Below are positions 28,961 to 37,929 of a stretch of DNA of 51,047 nt, one piece after another (the first letter of the stretch is position 1; the number at the start of each line of letters is the position of its first letter). The position numbers and the translations under genes were made by a program. Origin of the DNA: Clostridium sp. (lineage in GTDB: Bacteria > Bacillota > Clostridia > Lachnospirales > Lachnospiraceae); NCBI GenBank assembly GCA_016302185.1, contig JAEDOC010000001.1, positions 1 to 51,047 on the forward strand. Reading direction: 5' to 3'. The notes beneath the pieces were generated by a model that saw nothing but the letters and a program-made list of their open reading frames with translations, ran no database searches and was not told where the DNA came from.

Positions 28961-31900
28961 AGCCATGTAAGCTGGTGATGTCGGCGTTTGGCTCCTACGC
29001 CGGAGTGACGGAGATTGATTTTGAGCGGCTGGATCATGGCCTGTTTCTGATTACGGGAGATACGGGAGCCGGAAAAACAACGATCTTTGATGCCATTTCT
29101 TTTGCGCTTTACGGAGAGCCCAGCGGCAGCAGCCGGGAAGGAACCATGATGCGAAGCCAGTATGCGCCGGAAAGTGCGGAAACGTATGTGGAGCTGATTT
29201 TTTCCGAAAAGGGAGAGACGTATCAGATTCGCCGCAGCCCGGCCTATCAGAGAGTCAGCAAGCGGAAAAACAAGGAGGGAGAGAGGAGTATTATCACCTC
29301 TCCCGCCAGAGTCAGCCTGATTCTGCCGGATGGAAGCGAGAAGCCGGGGCGGATTACGGAAATCAATGAGGAGATCCGGAAGATCGTGGGAGTGGATCAG
29401 GGACAGTTTGCCCAGATTGCAATGATTGCCCAGGGAGAATACATCCGTCTGCTCCATGCCTCTTCCCGGGAACGGAGAGAAATTTTTTCCCGTATCTTTC
29501 AGACCGGAATCTACCGGCGGATTCAGATGAAGCTGAAGGAAAGAAGCAATGCGCTGTATGTCCGTTTCAAGGACAATGAGCTGCTGTGCCGGAATGAGAT
29601 TGGCAGAGTGGAGGTGCCGGAGGAAAGCTCCCATGCGGCCGAATGGAAGGAGGCAGCGGGGCATCTGGAGACCGGAGCGAAGGAGCTGGAACGGGTATTG
29701 ACCCTTGTGGTAGAGGAGAGCCGCGAGCTGGAGAGAGATGCCGGAGATCAGGAGGAGGCCGTGCTGCGCGCGGTATCCTCTGCAGAGCATCAGCTGGAGA
29801 CGGTTCACCGGCAGAATGAACGACTGGACGAGCTGGAAGCGGCCGAAAGCCGCCTGTCCGTGTTAAAAAAGCAGGAGGAGAGCCGGCAGAGGCAGCAGGC
29901 GGATTTGAAGTACTTGGCAGAGGCCAGAGAACTGAATCGTCAGGAAATGCTGGCCATAGAGGCCGAGACGGAGAAAGAGGGCTGTCAGAAGACGGTAATA
30001 AGGCTTATGGAGGGTCTTACAAGGCTGGAAGCACCGCTTCAGGAGGCCAGGGATCGCCTGACCGGCGCAGAGAGGCTTGTGAACAGCCGCCGCACGGAGC
30101 TGACCAGGGAACTTCTGAAGCTTCAGGAGGCGATGCCGGCCTATGAACAGCTGGACGTTCTGGAGCAGAGAAGACAGAGAGAAGCCGGGGCGGTACAGAA
30201 AGAAAGCGGCAGAGAGGAGAAGCTTCACCAGAAGCTTTCCAAGCTGGATCAGCAGATGGATTGTCTGAGAAAAGATCCGGGGCTCTGGGAAAAAACGGTC
30301 CGGGAGTTAAATCTGACCGAACAGGAGCTTTCACGGCTGGATCAGAGAACAAGGATGCTGGAACGTCTCTTACAGATGGAACAGGAGGCGGAGCAGCTGA
30401 GAAAACAGCTGCAAAAGGAGCAGCACGAGGCCTCAAAGGCAGAAGAATTCTGTCGTAAGGCTCAGGAGGACTATGCCGGAAAGAACCGCCTCTTTCTGTC
30501 GGTGCAGGCAGGAATCCTGGCCGCTTCTTTAGAAGAAGGAACGGCCTGCCCGGTCTGCGGTTCTACGCACCATCCGGACAAAGCAGTGCTGCGGGCGGAG
30601 GATGTGACGGAGCAGCAGGTAGAGGAAGCCAGAACCGAGCGGGATCTCCGGGAAGAGCAGTTTCGCGACAGCTCCGGACGCTGTATGGAGACCCGGGCAC
30701 GCCTGGAAGAGCTGGAGCGGCAGAGACAGGATCTGTGCAGCCGGGAACTGAATTGTACTTCCAGGGAGCCGAAGCAGCAGTCTGTAAAGCTTTCAGAGAT
30801 AAGCCGTCTCTTGCAAGAGGGCGAACAGGAGAAGAAGCGTCTTGAATTTTCGAAAAGGGAATTAGAAAATCTCCGAAAGAGACTGGACGAGGAAAGGGAG
30901 ACCTTACAGAGACTGGGAGAGGAAAGAGAGAAGACGGCAGTGCTTCTGGAACAGGCAGCGGCAGACTATCGTGAGGCGGCGCTCCGGCTGCAGCGGACTG
31001 AGCTGGAAGTGAAGCAGCAGCGGAAAAATCTGTTGTGGGGGACCAGAAAGGAAGCGGTGGAACGGAGCCGTATTCTGGAAGCGGAAAGAGAGAAGCTGGA
31101 TAGGGCGCTTCTTCAGGCAAGGCAGGAGGCAGAAACGCTGCAAAACCAGAGGACGGAAAAACAGGGATATTTGGCATCAGAAAGAACGAGACTGGGTGAA
31201 CTGGAACAGAAGGCGCTTCTGCTCCGGCAGAGGTTTCGGGAGGCACTGGCTTCCAGTGATTTGAAGGGAAGCGAAGAGGAATTACACCGGATACTCTGTA
31301 CGCCGGAGGAAGAAAAGAGAATGCGGGAACAGCTGGAGCAGTATCAGAAGGAATATGCCAAGGCGGAGGCGATCGTCCTTCGGTGTCGGGCGGAGACGGA
31401 GGGGCTGCAGAGGATTCCGGAAGAAGAGCTTCGTCGTCGTATACAGGAGCTGACACAGGAGAAAAAAAGACGATCGGAGCATCATGCGCAGGCGCTGGCC
31501 AGACGGAGCCGCAATGAGGACGCGCTGCGCTGTTTAATGAGGCATCTGGAAGAGAGGGAACGGATCCGGGAGGAAAAGCAGCAGGTGGATGTTCTGTACA
31601 TGACAGCAGACGGTAAGCTAAGCGGATCGGCCCGGCTTGATTTTCAGACCTATATCCAGCGCCAGTATTTTCAGCAGATGATTCAGGCGGCGAACCGGAG
31701 ACTGAAGGGGATGACCGACGGCGCTTTTCTGCTGCAGTGCCGGGAGCTTTCTGAACTGGGAAAACAGGGCGAAGCCGGACTGGACTTAGACGTGTATAGC
31801 CTGACAACCGATCGGGTACGGGATGTGAAAACCCTGTCCGGCGGAGAGTCCTTCCTGGCGGCTCTTGCCATGGCGCTGGGGATGGCGGATGTGATCCAGA

Positions 31901-32130
31901 ATACGGCAGGCAGCGTCCGGGTGGACGCCATGTTTATTGATGAGGGCTTCGGCTCTCTGGATGAGGAATCCCGGCTGAAAGCGATCCGGATCCTTAAGGA
32001 GCTGGCAGGTGATCGCCGCCTTGTGGGAATTATTTCCCATGTGACGGAGTTAAAAGAGCAGATCGGGCGGAAGCTGGCGGTGACGAAGGATGCCGCCGGA
32101 AGTCATGTATCGTGGGAACTGGAGGATTAG
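28957..32130 (+). CDS. sbcC: Exonuclease SbcC (Rad50-like SMC ATPase)
   Basis: GDTGAGKT, long coiled coil with central CPVCGS zinc hook, LSGGE, FIDEGFGSLD, ISH. Confidence 0.95.
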   Translation: MKPCKLVMSAFGSYAGVTEIDFERLDHGLFLITGDTGAGKTTIFDAISFALYGEPSGSSREGTMMRSQYAPESAETYVELIFSEKGETYQIRRSPAYQRVSKRKNKEGERSIITSPARVSLILPDGSEKPGRITEINEEIRKIVGVDQGQFAQIAMIAQGEYIRLLHASSRERREIFSRIFQTGIYRRIQMKLKERSNALYVRFKDNELLCRNEIGRVEVPEESSHAAEWKEAAGHLETGAKELERVLTLVVEESRELERDAGDQEEAVLRAVSSAEHQLETVHRQNERLDELEAAESRLSVLKKQEESRQRQQADLKYLAEARELNRQEMLAIEAETEKEGCQKTVIRLMEGLTRLEAPLQEARDRLTGAERLVNSRRTELTRELLKLQEAMPAYEQLDVLEQRRQREAGAVQKESGREEKLHQKLSKLDQQMDCLRKDPGLWEKTVRELNLTEQELSRLDQRTRMLERLLQMEQEAEQLRKQLQKEQHEASKAEEFCRKAQEDYAGKNRLFLSVQAGILAASLEEGTACPVCGSTHHPDKAVLRAEDVTEQQVEEARTERDLREEQFRDSSGRCMETRARLEELERQRQDLCSRELNCTSREPKQQSVKLSEISRLLQEGEQEKKRLEFSKRELENLRKRLDEERETLQRLGEEREKTAVLLEQAAADYREAALRLQRTELEVKQQRKNLLWGTRKEAVERSRILEAEREKLDRALLQARQEAETLQNQRTEKQGYLASERTRLGELEQKALLLRQRFREALASSDLKGSEEELHRILCTPEEEKRMREQLEQYQKEYAKAEAIVLRCRAETEGLQRIPEEELRRRIQELTQEKKRRSEHHAQALARRSRNEDALRCLMRHLEERERIREEKQQVDVLYMTADGKLSGSARLDFQTYIQRQYFQQMIQAANRRLKGMTDGAFLLQCRELSELGKQGEAGLDLDVYSLTTDRVRDVKTLSGGESFLAALAMALGMADVIQNTAGSVRVDAMFIDEGFGSLDEESRLKAIRILKELAGDRRLVGIISHVTELKEQIGRKLAVTKDAAGSHVSWELED

Positions 32131-32143
32131 AAAAGGAGAACGT

Positions 32144-32683
32144 ATGGGAAAGATTTTTATGATTTCGGATACCCATTTCGGGGATGATGGATCCATCGTA
32201 AAATATGAGGGACGGCCGTTCCGGAACGGAGAGGAGATGCGGGAGGCTCTGATTGCAAACTGGAATCAGACGGTGGGGCCGGAGGATACGATCTACCATC
32301 TGGGAGATTTTGCCAGCGGCCTGAAACGGGAAGAAATCAAGTCCATTCTGCAGCGGCTTCAGGGGCGGAAGATTCTGATTATGGGAAATCACGACAGGGA
32401 TTTTACCGTCCGGGACTGGTATTCCATGGGCTTTGATGAGATCTATCCGCTTCCGGTGATTTTTCAGGAATATTACATGCTTTCCCATGAACCGCTTTAC
32501 GTCAATGAGGCTTCCCCTTATGCCAATATTTTTGGCCATGTGCACAACAATCCGGCGTACCGGGACTGCTCTTCCCGGAGCTTTTGCGCCTGTGTGGAAC
32601 GTACCGGCTACCGCCCGGTGGACTTTGAAGTGATCCGGGAAGCAATTTTTGCGGAGGATCGGAAGCGGAAAGCTGAATTTTAG
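32144..32683 (+). CDS. Small calcineurin-like metallophosphoesterase
   Basis: SDTHFG, LGDF, GNHD, SHEP, GHVH; AAGGAG RBS. Confidence 0.9.
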   Translation: MGKIFMISDTHFGDDGSIVKYEGRPFRNGEEMREALIANWNQTVGPEDTIYHLGDFASGLKREEIKSILQRLQGRKILIMGNHDRDFTVRDWYSMGFDEIYPLPVIFQEYYMLSHEPLYVNEASPYANIFGHVHNNPAYRDCSSRSFCACVERTGYRPVDFEVIREAIFAEDRKRKAEF

Positions 32684-32693
32684 GAAAAAACGG

Positions 32694-32721
32694 TTGCTTT
32701 TTTTGGCAGATCTGATACAAT
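32694..32721 (+). promoter_or_regulatory. sigmaA promoter of the peptide/nickel ABC operon
   Basis: TTGCTT-16 bp-TACAAT with TG extension. Confidence 0.6.
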
Positions 32722-32777
32722 GTTCAAGGACAATTTAATAATGAGAGATTATTACGAATTCGAGAGGTAAGTTTTTT

Positions 32778-34367
32778 ATGAAAAAAAGACAGATTCTTAC
32801 AGGAGTAATGGCTCTTCTGATGTCTGCGGCACTCTGCGCGTGCGGAGGCGGCAAGACGGCAGAAAGCACCTCAGCGGACACCCAGGCGGCAGAGACAGCT
32901 GCACCGGAGACCTCCGCAGAAGAAAGCAGTAATATTCTTTCAGAAGGAACACCAGTACCGGGCGGAAGTGTTGTATTCGGTATGACACAGGACCTGGCTA
33001 GTCTTGACCCCCATGTAGAAACGGACGCAGGAACTAGAGACGTGGTTTTCAATTTGTACGAAGGGCTGGTAAAGCCCACTTCAACCGGTGATATCGTGCC
33101 GGCTGTTGCCAGTGATGTGCAGATCTCCGATGATGCCAAGGTATATACCTTCACATTGAGAGACGGAATTACCTTCCATGACGGCACACCGGTGACCATT
33201 GAAGATGTCAAATATTCCATCGATCGTTATGCGGAGATTCAGGGCGAATCCTCCGCATTTTCTATTGTATCCGACGTGGTAATAAAAGATGAGAAGACAC
33301 TGGAGGTTGATCTGAAGGAGAGCTATTCTGAATTTCTTCCGATGATGACCATCGCCATTATCCCTGAGGCCAACGAGGATCCGGCAGGCCACCCCATCGG
33401 AACCGGCCCATTCAAGTTTGTTTCCTACACTCCCGGACAGAATATTGTGATGGAGAAGTATGAGGGCTACTGGCAGGAGGGACTTCCCAGTCTTGACAAG
33501 GTGGAGTTCAAGTTCATTGCCGATGTGGATACCGCATTTGTGGAGCTGCAGGCAGGCACCATCGATATCTTAAAGTACTTAACCGCTGCACAGGCGAAGA
33601 CTCTGGGCGATCAGTACAACATCGTGGAAGGCTATATGAACCTGGTTCACGGTATGTATTTAAACAGCGGCTATGAGCCTCTGGGCAATACCCAGGTTCG
33701 TCAGGCGATCTGCTATGCGGTGGACAGAAGCGCGGTCAACAACTTTATCTTCGACGGCAAGAGCCATCTGATTGGTTCTCATTTCATCCCGACGCTGGCC
33801 AAATACTATGAGCCGGAAGCAGAGAATGTGTACAGCTACGATCCGGAGAAGGCGAAGGAGCTTCTGGCAGAGGCAGGCTATGCGGATGGCTTTGATCTGG
33901 AGATCACCGTTCCCAGCGCGTATTCCCAGCATGTGGATACCGCGCAGATTCTGGCGGAGCAGCTGAATCAGGTGGGCATCCGCACCACCATCAATCAGGT
34001 GGAGTGGAGTACCTGGCTTTCCGAAGTTTACAAGGGAGGCAATTTCCAGGCAACTGTCATCGGCTTTGACGGAACCTTGGCACCCAGTGATTTAATCATG
34101 AAGTACCGGACCGGTGATCCCAAGAACTTCCTGCATTACTCCAATGAGGAGTTCGATCAGGTATTTACCGAGGCGTACGAGACCATCGATGATGCAAAGA
34201 AGGTCGAGCTTTACAAGAAGGCACAGATGATTCTGGCCGAGGACGCCGCCAGCGTATATATCGAGGATCCGGCCAATCTGGTAGCGGTGAATAAGAAATT
34301 TGCCGGCTACACCTTCTATCCGACGGCAGCGGAAGACATGTCCCTGATTTATCAGGTAGCAGAGTAA
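32778..34367 (+). CDS. Peptide/nickel ABC transporter substrate-binding lipoprotein (family 5)
   Basis: Lipobox LCAC; SLDP, LYEGLV, YTFTLRDGITFHDG, IGTGPF motifs. Confidence 0.93.
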   Translation: MKKRQILTGVMALLMSAALCACGGGKTAESTSADTQAAETAAPETSAEESSNILSEGTPVPGGSVVFGMTQDLASLDPHVETDAGTRDVVFNLYEGLVKPTSTGDIVPAVASDVQISDDAKVYTFTLRDGITFHDGTPVTIEDVKYSIDRYAEIQGESSAFSIVSDVVIKDEKTLEVDLKESYSEFLPMMTIAIIPEANEDPAGHPIGTGPFKFVSYTPGQNIVMEKYEGYWQEGLPSLDKVEFKFIADVDTAFVELQAGTIDILKYLTAAQAKTLGDQYNIVEGYMNLVHGMYLNSGYEPLGNTQVRQAICYAVDRSAVNNFIFDGKSHLIGSHFIPTLAKYYEPEAENVYSYDPEKAKELLAEAGYADGFDLEITVPSAYSQHVDTAQILAEQLNQVGIRTTINQVEWSTWLSEVYKGGNFQATVIGFDGTLAPSDLIMKYRTGDPKNFLHYSNEEFDQVFTEAYETIDDAKKVELYKKAQMILAEDAASVYIEDPANLVAVNKKFAGYTFYPTAAEDMSLIYQVAE

Positions 34368-34419
34368 AATCAAATCGAAAATAAAAACAGAATACAGGCA
34401 GTAAACGCAGGAGGAACCT

Positions 34420-35364
34420 ATGAAATATTTTTTAAAAAAACTGATGACTCTCATTATCACATTGTTGCTCATATCCTTCCTGTCGTTTACTGCTTTTTCT
34501 GTGATCCCGGGAGATGCGGCACTCTCCAGACTGGGCAAGGACGCCACGGAGGAGCAGATCGAAACTCTGCGGGAGGAGATGGGATTAAATGATCCTCTCC
34601 CGGAGCGGTACGGACGCTGGCTTTCCGGAGCGGTGCAGGGGGATTTCGGAGACTCCTACCGGTATCAGGATGTTACCGTCAGCTCTCTTTTGGCGGATCG
34701 CCTTCCGGTTACCGTTCTTTTAGCGGTGATTTCCCTGGCGATTATTCTTGTCTGTGCGATTCCGCTGGGAATTCTGTGTGCCCGTTTTTCCGGAAGCTTT
34801 CTGGATCTTCTGATTAATCAGGTCACGCAGATTCTGATGGCAGTTCCAGCGTTCTTTCTGGGAATCATCCTGACTTACGTGTTCGGACTGATTCTCCATT
34901 TTTTCCAGCCGGGTAATTTTACTTCGCCTGCAGAGAATCTGACAGCATCGGCGAAGTACCTCTTTTTCCCGGCGCTGGCCGTGGCACTCCCCAAGATTGC
35001 CATGGTGGTCAAGTTTTTACGTAATTCGGTGATTTCCGAGATGAATAAGGATTATGTCCGGACCGCCCGCAGCAAGGGTAATACGGAGACGGCGGTGCTG
35101 TACGGACATGTGTTGAAAAATGCCATGATTCCCGTGGTTACCTTCCTGGCGATGGTCATTGCGGAGATTCTGGCAGGCAGTATTGTGGTGGAGCAGGTAT
35201 TCAGTGTGCCCGGCATCGGACGTCTCCTGATCAGCTCCATCTCCACTAGAGATTATCCGGTGGTGCAGGCCATCGTGCTGTATGTGACGGCAGTGGTGGT
35301 CATCATTAATTTTATTGTAGATGTGTTATATCAGTTCCTGGATCCCAGAGTGAAGACGGTATAA
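34420..35364 (+). CDS. Peptide/nickel ABC permease (DppB-like)
   Basis: PGD, GDFG.S, DYVRTARSKG, HVLKNA, E.VF..PGIG. Confidence 0.93.
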   Translation: MKYFLKKLMTLIITLLLISFLSFTAFSVIPGDAALSRLGKDATEEQIETLREEMGLNDPLPERYGRWLSGAVQGDFGDSYRYQDVTVSSLLADRLPVTVLLAVISLAIILVCAIPLGILCARFSGSFLDLLINQVTQILMAVPAFFLGIILTYVFGLILHFFQPGNFTSPAENLTASAKYLFFPALAVALPKIAMVVKFLRNSVISEMNKDYVRTARSKGNTETAVLYGHVLKNAMIPVVTFLAMVIAEILAGSIVVEQVFSVPGIGRLLISSISTRDYPVVQAIVLYVTAVVVIINFIVDVLYQFLDPRVKTV

Positions 35365-35376
35365 GAGGTGAGGAAG

Positions 35377-36174
35377 ATGAAAAAAAAGAACTGGAATTTA
35401 ATCATTGGAACCGCCATTACTGTTGTCTTTCTGCTGATTGCGCTGATCGGACAGTTCTGGACTCCTTACAGTCCCACTGCCATGGATTCCACGGCGGTGA
35501 ACCTGGCGCCCTGCGCAGAGCATCTTCTGGGAACAGATAATTTTGGCAGAGATATTTTAAGCCGTGTGATGAATGGAAGCGGCAGTACCTTTTTTGTAGC
35601 CGTCTGCACCGTGTCCATCGGCTGCTTTTTCGGAACGCTGGTAGGAGCTTTGACCGGATATTTCGGCGGCTGGATAGATAATGTGGTGATGCGGTTCAAC
35701 GATATGCTGCTTTCCTTCCCCAGTATTCTTCTGGCGCTGATCTTTATCAGCCTGATGGGACCGGGAAGCTACAATATCATTCTTGCGCTGGGTATTCTGT
35801 TTATTCCCAGCTTTGCCCGTATCGTGCGCAGCGAGGTGATTCGCTGCCGGGAGCTGGATTTTGTCAAAAGTGTCCGTATCATGGGGGCAGGTCATATTCG
35901 TATTATTTTTGCTCATATTTTGCCCAATGCGGCGGTCAGCATCTTGACAGCGGCTGCCATTGGTTTTAATAATGCGGTTCTTGCAGAGGCCAGCATGAGC
36001 TATCTGGGACTGGGCATCCAGCCGCCCCAGCCAAGCCTTGGCCGGATGCTTTATGAGGCACAATCTTATATTTTAAATGCACCCTGGTATGCGATTGCTC
36101 CGGGTGTGACGATTATCTTGATTATTTTGGGCTTCAGCATGGTCAGCGAAGGCCTGCGTGCCCTTCAGGAATAA
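35377..36174 (+). CDS. Peptide/nickel ABC permease (DppC-like)
   Basis: HLLGTDNFGRD, HILPN, EASMSYLGLG; start could instead be GTG at 35368. Confidence 0.93.
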   Translation: MKKKNWNLIIGTAITVVFLLIALIGQFWTPYSPTAMDSTAVNLAPCAEHLLGTDNFGRDILSRVMNGSGSTFFVAVCTVSIGCFFGTLVGALTGYFGGWIDNVVMRFNDMLLSFPSILLALIFISLMGPGSYNIILALGILFIPSFARIVRSEVIRCRELDFVKSVRIMGAGHIRIIFAHILPNAAVSILTAAAIGFNNAVLAEASMSYLGLGIQPPQPSLGRMLYEAQSYILNAPWYAIAPGVTIILIILGFSMVSEGLRALQE

Positions 36175-36186
36175 AGGAGGAAAGCG

Positions 36187-37902
36187 ATGCGTCCGTTCGT
36201 AGAAATCAAAGATTTAACCATCCGCTTTCCGGAAGGAAATTCTTCCTTTGAGGCGGTAAAGCATGTAAGCTTCCAGATCCGGGAGGGTGAGATCCTCGGT
36301 GTGGTTGGGGAATCCGGTTCCGGAAAATCCATGAGTGCGCTGGCACTGATGGGCCTTCTGAAAAAAGAAGCAGAGATTCCGAATGGGGAGATTCTGTTTC
36401 GTGGACAGGATATGCTGAAGATGACGCCGGAGGAGAGGAGAAGGCTGCGGGGCAGTGAGATGGGCATGGTATTTCAGGAGCCCATGACCTCTTTAAATCC
36501 GGTGATGAAGATTGAGCGACAGGTGGGAGAAAGCCTGCGTCTTCATGAGAAGCTTTCTGAGGGGGAGATTCACCGCCGTGTTATCGAAGCGCTGGAGGAT
36601 GTGGGACTGACGGACGCGGAAGGCCTATGCAGGAAATATCCCCATGAGCTGTCCGGCGGAATGCGGCAGCGGGTGATGCTGGCCCAGGCCATGGTCTGTT
36701 CTCCCAGCCTTTTAATTGCTGATGAGCCGACAACGGCACTGGATGTGATTGTGCAGGCGCAGATTCTTCGCCTGCTGAAAAAGATCCATCGGGAGAAGCA
36801 TACCTCCATTCTCTTTATCTCCCATGATCTGAACGTCATCCGGGAGCTGTGCAGCCGCGTCATTGTCATGTACAAGGGAGAGATTGTGGAGGAAGGAACC
36901 ACAGAAGAGGTTCTTCTGCATCCGAAGCATGAATATACCAGACATCTGGTGGCTTCTATCCCGGACAGAGATACCTTTGGCGGGACGGAGGAAGAGGTTC
37001 TTCGTCTGCGGGATTTAAATGTCTTTTACGAAGTAAACAATGGACTCTTCCGCAAAAAAGAGAAAAAGCATGTGATTCATGATGTGAACTTAACAGCCAG
37101 AAACGGCGAGATCCTGGGCATTGTAGGCGAGAGCGGCTGCGGAAAATCAACTCTCTGCAAGACGATTCTGGGACTCCATGACCAGTATACCGGTACGGTG
37201 GAAGTGAAAGAGGGTCTGCGTCCTCAGATGGTATTTCAGGATCCCTTCAGCTCCTTAAACCCGGCCAGAAGTATCGGCTGGATTCTGGAGGAGCCCTTAA
37301 AGCTGCGGGGTATCACAGATGCACGGCAGCGAAAGGAAATGGTAGCCAAGATGCTTCGGGATGTGGGGCTGGAGCCGTCCTTTGCAAAGCGGAAACCCAG
37401 GGAATTATCCGGCGGACAGCGCCAGAGAATCAGTATCGGCACGGCGCTTTTGATGGATTCCAAATTTATCATTGCTGACGAACCGGTTTCTGCTCTGGAT
37501 GTGACGGTACAGTCTCAGATTTTAAAGCTTCTTTTAAAGCTTCACGAGGAAAAGAAGATGACCATTCTCTTCATTTCTCATGACTTAAATATTGTCCGGA
37601 GAATCTGCCGCAGAGTGGCGGTTCTTTACAAGGGGGAGGTTGTGGAAAGCGGACTGGCGGACGAGGTCTATGATTCCCCGGCGCATCCTTACACGAGACT
37701 TCTTCTGGATGCGGTTCTTGACGGAGATCCCCACACCGAGGAAAAAGCGGTGGCAGATATCGGAGAGAAAATTCCTGCCGGGTTTACCGGCTGCTGCTTC
37801 TATCACCGATGTCCCGAACGCTGTGAGCGCTGCCGTACGGAGCGCCCGGCGGAGACAGATCTGGGCGGCGGCCATGGAGTGAAATGTTTTCTGAAGGAAT
37901 AA
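36187..37902 (+). CDS. Peptide/nickel ABC ATPase, fused tandem NBDs (DppD-DppF-like)
   Basis: Two GESG.GKS / LSGG / ADEP sets; C-terminal HPYT...CCFYHRC...C Cys cluster. Confidence 0.93.
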   Translation: MRPFVEIKDLTIRFPEGNSSFEAVKHVSFQIREGEILGVVGESGSGKSMSALALMGLLKKEAEIPNGEILFRGQDMLKMTPEERRRLRGSEMGMVFQEPMTSLNPVMKIERQVGESLRLHEKLSEGEIHRRVIEALEDVGLTDAEGLCRKYPHELSGGMRQRVMLAQAMVCSPSLLIADEPTTALDVIVQAQILRLLKKIHREKHTSILFISHDLNVIRELCSRVIVMYKGEIVEEGTTEEVLLHPKHEYTRHLVASIPDRDTFGGTEEEVLRLRDLNVFYEVNNGLFRKKEKKHVIHDVNLTARNGEILGIVGESGCGKSTLCKTILGLHDQYTGTVEVKEGLRPQMVFQDPFSSLNPARSIGWILEEPLKLRGITDARQRKEMVAKMLRDVGLEPSFAKRKPRELSGGQRQRISIGTALLMDSKFIIADEPVSALDVTVQSQILKLLLKLHEEKKMTILFISHDLNIVRRICRRVAVLYKGEVVESGLADEVYDSPAHPYTRLLLDAVLDGDPHTEEKAVADIGEKIPAGFTGCCFYHRCPERCERCRTERPAETDLGGGHGVKCFLKE

Positions 37903-37929
37903 AAACGAAATAGAAAAACGGTCGATAAA

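Noticed and set aside
30563..31807. 414-aa antisense ORF inside sbcC, plus other long shadow ORFs (561-1532, 19109-20035, 28055-28966, 28867-29808)
   Set aside because: Pro/Ser/Ala- or Leu-rich translations with no motifs, as expected from the codon bias of the real gene on the opposite strand.
27794..32683. SMC-based defence system (Wadjet, Lamassu)
   Set aside because: Canonical SbcD and SbcC with zinc hook, host-like composition and a position near addBA indicate housekeeping repair.
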